In this document: positions 12,033 to 22,700 of the stretch, piece by piece
Position numbering within the stretch: position 1 is the stretch's first letter
How the letters are laid out: every line of letters begins with the position of its first letter
NCBI RefSeq assembly: GCF_004010195.1
Contig: NW_025215152.1
Coordinates: forward strand, 1 to 32,729
From: Chiloscyllium plagiosum
Taxonomy: Eukaryota
DNA length: 32,729 bases
Reading direction: 5' to 3'
Notes under the pieces: generated by a model
What the model saw: only the letters and a program-made list of their open reading frames with translations
Told to the model about the DNA's origin: nothing
The model's database searches: none
Made by a program: the position numbers and the translations under genes

Positions 12033-12969
12033 TATAATCACAGTAAATCAATTTGCGAGCTGACCCTGGGTACAATATAAGCGCTGTATTCATAATGAGC
12101 CTGTGTTGGGCTGACCCTGTTTGGGGTATGGGGGCTGTATTCGCAGTGAATCTGGGTCTGAGCTCTCCCTGGGTGGGGTATGGAAGCTATATTCACAGTG
12201 AATCTGGGTCTGAGCTGACCCTGATTGGGGAATGGTGGCTGTATTCACAGTCAATCTGGGTTTGACCTAAATCTGCCTGTGGTATGGGGGCTGTATTCAC
12301 AGTGAATCTTGGACTCAGCTGACAATGAATGGGTATGGGGATTGTATACAAAGTGACTCTGGGTCTGACCTAACCCTCGTGGGTTATGGGGGCTGTATTC
12401 TCAGTGAGTCTGTTTCTGAGCTGATCCTGGGTGGGGGTGGGGTATGACATTTGTATTCACAGTGAATATGGGTCTGAGCTTACCCTGGGTGGGGTAAGGG
12501 AGTTTTATTCACAGTAAAGCTGTTTATGTGCTGACCCTGAGTGGGATATTGGAGCTGCATTCACATTGAGTCTGAGTCTCAGCTGACGCTGGTTGGGGTA
12601 TGGTTGCTGTACTCACAGTGAATGTGGGTCTGATCTGACCCTGGGTGTGGAATGGCGGCTATATTCACAGTATATCTGGGATTGAGCTGACCCTGGGTGT
12701 GGTATGGGGGATGTATTCACAGTGAATCTATTTGTGAGCTGACCCTGGGTGCGATACAGGTCCTGTATTCATAATGAGTCTGTGTGGGAGCTGACCCTGG
12801 ATGGGGTATGGAGGATGCATTCACAGTGAATCTGGGTAAGAGCTTACCCTGGGTGTGTACGGGGCATGTATTCACAGTGATTCTGAGTGTGAGCTATTCC
12901 TGGTGGGGTGAGGGGTATGTATTCACTGTCAATCTGGTTCTGAGCTGACCCTGGGTGAGGTTTTATGGT

Positions 12970-13099
12970 GGAGGAGAAAGTCAGGTCTGCAGATGCTGGA
13001 GATCAGAGCTGGAAATGTGTTGCTGGAAAAGTGCAGCAGGTCAGGCAGCATCCAGGGAACAGAGAATCGACGTTTTGGGCATAAGCCCTTCTTCAGGAA
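12970..13099 (-). mobile_element. 130-bp solo pLTR-derived insertion with a mutated hammerhead
   Basis: Flanked by a 12-bp TSD AGGTTTTATGGT (12958-12969 and 13100-13111), with an empty paralogous site at 22125-22136. The hammerhead at 13065-13099 reads TTC-CTGAAGA-A-GGGC-TTAT-GCCC-AAAAC-GTC (GAAA changed to AAAA). Confidence 0.92.
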
Positions 13100-16000
13100 A
13101 GGTTTTATGGTATGTATTTACAGTGACTCTGGGTCTGCGCTGACGCTACGTGGTGTATGTTGGCTGTATTCACACTGAATCTGGGTTTCAGCTGACCCTG
13201 GGCGTGTATGGGGGCTGTATTCACATTGAATCTGGGACTGCGCTGACCATGGGTGAGGTGTGGTGCAGTATTCACAGTGAATCTGGATCTGAGCTGACCA
13301 TGGGTTGTGGTATGGGGGCTGTATTCACAGTCAATCTGGGTTTGACATAACCATGCCTGTGGTTTGTGGGCTGTATTCACAGTGAATCTGCTTCTGAGCT
13401 GTCCCTGGGTGGGGTTAGTGGGATGTATACACAGTGAATCTGGTTCTGAGCTTGCCATCGATGGGGTATGTGTGATGTATTCACAGTAAATCGTTTCTGA
13501 GCTGACCCTTGATGGGGGCTGGGGGCTGGGGGCTTTATTTACAGTGAATCTGGGTCTGAGCTGACCCACGGTGGGGAATGTGGGCTATATTCACAGTGAA
13601 TCTGGGTCTGAGCTGACCCTGGGTGGGCTATGAGGGCTGTATTCACAGTGAATCTTGGATTGAGCTGACCCAGGGTGGGGAATGGAGGCTGTATTCACAG
13701 TGAATCTGGGTCTTAACTGACCCTGGGTGGAGAATGGGCGCTACATTCACTGTGAGTCAGTGTTTGAGCTGACCCTGGTTGCAGTATGGGGGATGCATTC
13801 ATAGTGAATCTGTGTCTGAGGTAACCCTGGGTGGGGAATGGGCGCTACATTCACAGTGAGTCTGTGTCTGAGCTGACCATGGTTGCAGTATGGGACCTGT
13901 TTTCACAGCTCGGTCTGAGCTGATCCTGCGTGGGGTATGGGGGCTGTATTCACAGTGAATCTGGATCTGAGCTGACCCTGTGTGATGTATGGGGGCTGTA
14001 TTCAGAGTGAATCTGTGTCTGAGCTGACCCTGGGTGTGGTTTGGGCCTGTATTCACATGGAATCTGTTTCTGTGCTGACCTGGGTGGGATATAGGAGCTG
14101 GTGAATACATCAGTAAATCTGGGACTGAGGTGACCCTGGTTCGGGTATGGTGTCTGTTTTCACAGTGAATCTCGGTCTGAGCTGATCCTGCGTGGGGTAT
14201 GGGGGCTGTATTCACAGTGAATCTGGATCTGAGCTGACCCTGTGTGATGTATGGGGCTGTATTCAGAGTGAATCTGTGTCTGAGCTGAACCTGGATGTGG
14301 TAGGGGGATGATTTCACAGTGAATCTAGTCTGAACTGACCCTGAGTGGAGTATGGGGGCTGTATTCACAGAGATTCTGCGACTGAGCTGACCCAGGGTGG
14401 GGAATGGAGGCTGTATTCAGTGAATCTGAGTCTTAACTGACCCAGGGTGGGGAACGGGTACTGTATGCACAGTGTGTCTGTATCTGAGCCGACCCTGATT
14501 GGAGTATACAGGCTGTATTCACAGTGAATCTGGGTCAGAGCAGACCCTTCATGGGGTATGGGGACTGTATTCACAGTGAATCTGGGTCTGAGCTAACCGT
14601 CGGTGGTTTATGTGTGATGTATTCACAGTAAACCTGTTTCTAATCTGAACCTGGGTGGGAAATACGGGCTGTATTCACCTTGAGTCTGTGTCTGAGCTTT
14701 TCCCTCGTAGTCGTATGATGGCTGTATTTACAGTGAATCTGGGTCTGAGCTGACACTTGGTGGGGTGTGGGGGATGTAACCCAGTGAATCTGGGTCTGAA
14801 CTGACCTTGGGTGTGGTAGAGGGATGATTTCACAGCGAATCTGGGACTGAGCTGACCCTGTGTAGTGTAAGGGGGTTGTATTCACAGTAAATCTGGGACT
14901 GAGCTGACCCTCAGTGGATATGGGACTGTATTCAAAGTGAATCTGTGTCTGATATGACCCTCAGTATGTATGGGTATTGTATTCACAGTGAATCTGGGTC
15001 GGAGCTGACCCTGAGTGGGGTTTGGGGGCTGTTTTCACAGTGAATCTGGGTCCGAGCTGACCCAGGGTAAAGAATGTGGGCTATATTCACAGTGAATCTG
15101 GATTTAAGCTGACACTGGGTGGGGTATTGAGGCTATATTCACAGTGAATCTGGGTCTCAGCTGACGCTGGGTGGGGTAAGGGGGATGTATTCACAATGAA
15201 CCTTCGTCTGAGATGACCGTAGCTTGGGTAAAGGGGCTGTATTCGCAGTGAATCTGGGCATGAGCCGACCCTGGATGGGGTATGGGGGCTGAACACACAG
15301 AGAATCTGGGTCTGAGCTAACCATCGGTGATTTATGGGGAATGTATTCACATTAAACCTGTTTCTTAGCTGATCCTGGGTGGAATATGGGAGCTGTATTC
15401 ACAGTGAATCGGCGACTGAGCTGAGCCAGGGTGGGGATTGGGGGCTGCATTCGCAGTGAAGGTTTGACCTAGCTGACCCAGGATAGGGTATGGGGGATGT
15501 ATTCACAGTGAACTGGGTCTGAACTGACCCTGGGTGTGGTATGGGGATGTATTCACAGGGAATATGGGTCTGAGCTGACGCTGGGTGGGATACGGAGGCT
15601 ATATTTCCTGTGAATCTGGGTCTTAGCTGACCGTGGGTGGGGTAAGGGGTATTCGCGGTGAATCTGGGTCTGTGATGACCGTAGGTTGGGTATAGGGACT
15701 GTATTCACAGTGAATCTGTGTCTGAGCTGACCCTGGATTGGGTATGGGGGCTGAACACACAGGGAATCTTGGTCTGAGCTAACCGTCGGTGGGTTATGGG
15801 GGATGTATTCAAAGTAAACCTGTTTCTTAGCTGACACTGGGTGCAAAATACAGGCTGTATTCACGTTGAGTACAGGTCTGAGCTTTCCCATGGCTGACGT
15901 ATGATGGCTGTATTTACAGTGAATGTGGGTCTGGTGCTGACGCTAGGTGGGGTATAGGGTCTGTATTCACGGTGAATCTGGGTCCAAGCTGACCGAGTGG

Positions 16001-17881
16001 GGTATGGAGGCTGTATTCACAGTGAATCTGGGTCTGAGCATGACCCTTGGTGTTGTAAGGTGGATGTATACCCCGTGAATCTGGGTCTAACCTAACCCTG
16101 GATAGGGTATGTGGGCTGTATTCACAGGGAATCTGGATCTGAGCTGTCCCTGCGTGGTGTATGGGGGCTGTATTAACAGTAAATCTGGGTCTGGCCAATT
16201 TTGGCTGTGGTATGGGGGTTTTATTCACAGTGAATCCGGGACTGAGCAAACTCTCAGTGGGTATGGAGGCTGTATTCACAGTGAATCTGGGTCTTAGCTG
16301 ACCCTGGCTGGGGTAACGCGGACGTATTCACAATGAACCTTCGTCTGAAATGACCGTAGCTTGAGTATAGAGGCTGTATTCGCCATGAATCTGGGCCAGG
16401 GCTGACCCTGGATGGGGTATGGGGGCTGAACACACAGAGAATCTGGGTCTGAGCTAACCATCGGTGGTTTATGGGAAATGTATTCACATTAAAACTGTTT
16501 CGTAGCTGATCCTGGGTGGAATATGGGAGCTGTATTCACAGTGAATCGGCGACTGAGCTGACCCAGGGTGGGGATTGGGGGCTGCATTTGCAGTGAATGT
16601 TTGACCTAGCTGACCCAGGATGGGGTATGGGGGATGTATTCACAGTGAACTGGGTCTGAACTGACCCTGGGTGTGGTAGGGGGTGATTTCACAGTGAACC
16701 TGGGTCTGAGCTGACCCTGGGTGGGGTATGGAGGATGTATTCCAGTGAATCTGGGTCTGTACTGACGCTAGGTGGGGTATGGGGTCTGTATTCGCAGTGA
16801 ATCTGGGTCTGAGCTGACCGAGTGGGGTATGGAGGCTGTATTCACAGTAAACTGGGTCTGAGCATGACCCTTGGTGTCGTAAGGTGGATGTATACTCTGT
16901 GAATCTGGGTCTAACCTAACCCTGGATAGGGTATGGGGGCTGTATTCACAGGGAATGGGGGCTGTATTAACAGTAAATCTGAGTCTGGCCCATTCTGGCT
17001 GGGGTATGGGGGTTTTATTCACAGTGAATCCGGGACTGAGCAAACTCTCAGTGGGTATGGAGGCTGTATTCACAGTGAATCTGGGTCTGAGCTGACCGAG
17101 TGGGGTATGGAGGCTGTATTCACAGTAAACTGGGTCTGAGCATGACCCTTGGTGTCGTAAGGTGGATGTATACTCTGTGAATCTGGGTCTAACCTAACCC
17201 TGGATAGGGTATGGGGGCTGTATTCACAGGGAATGGGGGCTGTATTAACAGTAAATCTGAGTCTGGCCCATTCTGGCTGGGGTATGGGGGTTTTATTCAC
17301 AGTGAATCCGGGACTGAGCAAACCCTCAGTGGGTATGGTGGCTGTATTCACAGTGAATTTGGGTATGAGCTGACCCTGGCTGGTGTAAGGGGGATGTATT
17401 CACAATGAATCTTGGTCTGAGATGACCGTAATTTGGGTATAGGGGCTGTATTCGCAGTGAATCAGTGGCTGAGCTGACCCTGAGTGGGGTTTGGGGGCTG
17501 TTTTCACAGTGAATATGGGTCCAAGCAGACCCAGGGTAGAGCATGTCGGCTATATTCACAGTGAGTCTGGGTTTAAGCTGACACTGGGTGGGGTATGGGG
17601 GCTGAACACACAGAGAATCTGGGTCTGAGCTAACCGTNNNNNNNNNNNNNNNNNNNNNNNNNNNNNNNNNNNNNNNNNNNNNNNNNNNNNNNNNNNNNNN
17701 NNNNNNNNNNNNNNNNNNNNNNNNNNNNNNNNNNNNNNNNNNNNNNNNNNNNNNNNNNNNNNNNNNNNNNNNNNNNNNNNNNNNNNNNNNNNNNNNNNNN
17801 NNNNNNNNNNNNNNNNNNNNNNNNNNNNNNNNNNNNNNNNNNNNNNNNNNNNNNNNNNNNNNNNNNNNNNNNNNNNNNNNN

Positions 17882-19720
17882 CCTGTATTTCATGAGATCT
17901 AACCTTGCTAATCAGTCTCCCATGGGGAACTTTGACGAATGTCCATATAGATCACATCTACTGCTCTGCCCTCATCAATCTTCTTTGTTACTTCTTCAAA
18001 AAACTCAATCAAGTTTGTGAGACATGATTTCCCACGCACAAAGCCATGTTGACTATCCCGAATCAGTCCTTGCCTTTCCAAATACATGTACATCCTGTCC
18101 CTCAAGATTCCCTCCAACAACTTGCCCACCACCGAGGTCAGGCTCACCGGTCTATAGTTTCCTGGCTTGTCTTTACCGCCCTTCTTAAACAGTGGCACCA
18201 CATTTGCCAACCTCCAATCTTCCAACAACTCACCTGTGCTACCGATGATACAAATATTTCAGCAAGAGGCCCAGCAATCACTTTTCTAGCTTCCCGCAGA
18301 GTTCTTGGGTGCACCTGATCAGGTCCTGGGGATTTATCCATCTTTAACCATTTCAAGACATCCAGCACTTCCTTCTCTGTAATCTGGACATTTTGCAAGA
18401 TGTCACCATCTATTTCCCTGCAGTCTATATCTTCCATATCCTTTTCCACAGTAAATACTGATGCAAAATATCCGTTTAGTGTCTTCCCCATTTTCTGTGG
18501 CTCCACACAAAGGTTGCCTTGCTGATCTTTGAGGGGCCCTATTCTCTCCCTAGTTACCCTTTTGTCCTTAATATATTTGTAAAACCCCTTTGGATTCTCC
18601 TTCATTCTATTTGCCAAAGCTATGTCATGTCCCTCCTGATTTCCCTCTTAAGTATATTCCTACCTCTTTTATACTCTTCTAAGGATTCACTCGATCTGTC
18701 CTGTCTGTACCTGACATATGCTTCCTTCTTTTTCTTAACCAAACCCTCAATTTCTGTAGTCATTCAGCATTCCCTATAACTACCAGTCTTCCCTTTTACC
18801 CTGACAGGAATATACTTTCTCTGGATTTTTGTTACCTCATTTCTGAAGGCTTCCCATTTTCCAGCTGTCCCTATAGCTGCGAACATCTGCCTCCAATCAG
18901 CTTTTGAAAGTTCTTGCCTAATACCGTCAAAATTGGCCTTTCTCCAATTTAGAACTTCAACTTTTAGATCTGGTCTATCGTTTTCCATCACTATTTTAAA
19001 ACGAATAGAATTATGATCGCTGGCCCCAAAGTGCTCCCCCACTGACACCTCAGTCACCTGCCCTCCCTTATTTCCCAAGACTAGCTCAAGTTTTGCACCT
19101 TCTCTAGTAGGTACATCCACATACAGAATCAGAAAATTGTCTTGAACATACTTAAGAAATTCCTCTCCATCTAAACCTTTAACTCTATGGCAGTCCCAGT
19201 CGATGTTTGGAAAGTTAAAATCCCCTACCATAACTACCCTATTATTCTTACTGAGATCTCCTTACAAGTTTGTTTCTCAATTTCCCTCTGATTGTTGGGG
19301 GATCTGTAATACAATCCCAATAAGGTGATCATCCCTTTCTTATTTCTCAGTTCCACCCAAATAACTTTTCTGGATGTATTTCTGGGAATATCCTCCCTCA
19401 GCACAGCTGTAATGCTATCCCTTATCAAAAATGACACTCCCCCTCCTTACTTGCCTCCCTTTCTATCCTTCCTGTAGCATTTGTATCCTGGAACATTCAG
19501 CTGCCAGTCCTGCTCATCCCTGAGTCATGTTTCTGTAATTGCTATGATGTCCAAGTCCCATGTTCCTAACCATGCCCTGAGTTCATCTGCCTACCCTGTT
19601 AGACCCCTTGCATTGAAATAAGTGCAGTTTAATTTACAAGTCTTACCTTGTCCCTGCCTGCCCTGACTGTTTGACTCACTTCTGTTCTCAGCTGTACCCG
19701 TCTCAGATCGATCTCTTTCC
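17882..19720 (-). mobile_element. CR1-clade LINE ORF2 remnant (APE endonuclease + N-terminal RT), copy 1
   Basis: Motifs are LNCTYFNARGL, LGLYYRSPN, VGDFNFPNIDW, GASDHNSIRF, KSPGPDQ, PGNYRPVSLTSVVGKLLE, QHGFVRGKSCLTNLIEFFE and VDVIYMD, with multiple frameshifts and stops. The 3' part runs into an N gap. Confidence 0.95.
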
Positions 19721-22700
19721 TTATGGTAGATGTATTCACAGTAAACGTGTTTCTTTGCTGACCCTGCGTGGGAAATACGGGCTGTACTCACCTTGAGTTT
19801 GGGTCTGAGCTTTCCCCTGGGGGGCATACGGTGGCTGAATTCACAGTGAATCTGGGTATGAGGTGATGCTAGGTGGCGTATGGGGTCTGTATTCGCGGTG
19901 AATCTGGTTCTGAGCTGACCCTGGGTGTGATAGGGGGATGTATACTCTGTGAATCTGAGTCAGACCTACCCCTGGATGGGATATGGGGGCTGTATTCACA
20001 GGGAATCTGGGTCTAAGCTGGCTCTGCGTGGTGTATGATGGCTGTATTCAGAGTAAATTTGGGTCTGACCAATCCTGGCTGGGTATGGGGGTTGTTTTCA
20101 CAGTGAATCTGGGACTGAACTAACCCTCAGTGGGTATGGGGACTGTATTCACAGCGAATCTGGGTCTGAGCTGACCCTGAGTGGGGTATGGGGGCTGTTT
20201 TCACAGTGAATGAGGATCTGAGCTGACACTGGGTGGGGTATGGAAGCTGTATTCACTGTGAATCTAGGTCTCAGCTGATGCTGGTTGGGATAAGGGGGAT
20301 GTATTCACAATTAATCTTGGTCTGAGATGACTGTAGGTTGGGTATAGGGGCTGTATTTGCAGTGAATCTGTGACTGTACTGACCCTGGATGGGGTATGGG
20401 GGCTGAACATACATGGAAACTGGGTCTGAGCTAACCATCGGTGGGTTGTGGAGGATGTATTCACAGTAAACCTGTTTCTTAGCTAACTCTGGGTTGAGTG
20501 TGAAGGCTGTATTCACAGTGAATCTGGGTCAGAGCAGACCCTTCATGGGGTATGGGGACTGTATTCACAGTGAATCTGGGTCTGAGCTAACCGTCGGTGG
20601 TTTATGTGTGATGTATTCACAGTAAACCTGTTTCTAATCTGAACCTGGGTGGGAAATACGGGCTGTATTCACCTTGAGTCTGTGTCTGAGCTTTTCCCTC
20701 GTAGTCGTATGATGGCTGTATTTACAGTGAATCTGGGTCTGAGCTGACACTTGGTGGGGTGTGGGGGATGTAACCCAGTGAATCTGGGTCTGAACTGACC
20801 TTGGGTGTGGTAGAGGGATGATTTCACAGCGAATCTGGGACTGAGCTGACCCTGTGTAGTGTAAGGGGGTTGTATTCACAGTAAATCTGGGACTGAGCTG
20901 ACCCTCAGTGGATATGGGACTGTATTCAAAGTGAATCTGTGTCTGATATGACCCTCAGTATGTATGGGTATTGTATTCACAGTGAATCTGGGTCGGAGCT
21001 GACCCTGAGTGGGGTTTGGGGGCTGTTTTCACAGTGAATCTGGGTCCGAGCTGACCCAGGGTAAAGAATGTGGGCTATATTCACAGTGAATCTGGATTTA
21101 AGCTGACACTGGGTGGGGTATTGAGGCTATATTCACAGTGAATCTGGGTCTCAGCTGACGCTGGGTGGGGTAAGGGGGATGTATTCACAATGAACCTTCG
21201 TCTGAGATGACCGTAGCTTGGGTAAAGGGGCTGTATTCGCAGTGAATCTGGGCATGAGCCGACCCTGGATGGGGTATGGGGGCTGAACACACAGAGAATC
21301 TGGGTCTGAGCTAACCATCGGTGATTTATGGGGAATGTATTCACATTAAACCTGTTTCTTAGCTGATCCTGGGTGGAATATGGGAGCTGTATTCACAGTG
21401 AATCGGCGACTGAGCTGACCCAGGGTGGGGATTGGGGGCTGCATTTGCAGTGAAGGTTTGACCTAGCTGACCCAGGATGGGGTATGGGGGATGTATTCAC
21501 AGTGAATTGGGTCTGAACTGACCCTGGGTGTGGTAGGGGGTGATTTCACAGTGAACCTGGGTCTGAGCTGACCCTGGGTGGGGTATGGAGGATATATTCC
21601 AGTGAATCTGGGTCTGTGCTGACGCTAGGTGGGGTATGGGGTCTGTATTCGTAGTGAATCTGGGTCTGAGCTGACCGAGTGGGGTATGGAGGCTGTATTC
21701 ACAGTGAATCTGGGTCTGAGCTGACCGAGTGGGGTATGGAGGCTGTATTCACAGTGAATCTGGGTCTGAGCTGACCGAGTGGGGTATGGAGGCTGTATTC
21801 ACAGTGAATCTGGGTCTGAGCTGACCGAGTGGGGTATGGAGGCTGTATTCAGCTAACCGTCGGTGGAGTATGGGGGATGTGATCACAGTAAATCTATTTG
21901 TGAGCTGACCCTGGGTGCGATACAGGTGCTGTATTCATAATGAGTCTGTGTGGGAGCTGACCCTGGATGGGGTATGGGGGATGCATTCACAGTGAATCTG
22001 GGTAAGAGCTTACCCTGGGTGTGTACGGGGCATGTATTCACAGTGATTCTGAGTGTGAGCTATTCCTGGGTGGGGTGAGGGGGATGTATTCACTGTCAAT
22101 CTGGTTCTGAGCTGACCCTGGGTGAGGTTTTATGGTATGTATTTACAGTGACTCTGGGTCTGAGCTGACGCTACGTGGGGTATGTTGGCTGTATTCACAC
22201 TGAATCTGGGTTTCAGCTGACCCTGGGCGTGTATTGGGGCTGTATTCACATTGAATCTGGGACTGCGCTGACCATGGGTGGGGTGTGGTGCAGTATTCAC
22301 AGTGAATCTGGATCTGAGCTGACCATGAGTTGTGGTATGGGGGCTGTATTCACAGTGAATCTGCTTCTGAGCTGTCCCTGGGTGGGGTTAGTGGGATGTA
22401 TACACAGTGAATCTGGTTCTGAGCTTGCCATTGATGGGGTACGTGTGATGTATTCACAGTAAATCTGTTTCTGAGCTGACCCTTGATGGGGGCTGGGGGC
22501 TTTATTTACAGTGAATCTGGGTCTGAGCTGACCCACGGTGGGGAATGTGGGCTATATTCACAGTGAATCTGGGTCTGAGCTGACCCTGGGTGGGCTATGA
22601 GGGCTGTATTCACAGTGAATCTTGGATTGAGCTGACCCAGGGTGGGGAATGGAGGCTGTATTCAGAGTGAATCTGTGTCTGAGCTGAACCTGGATGTGGT

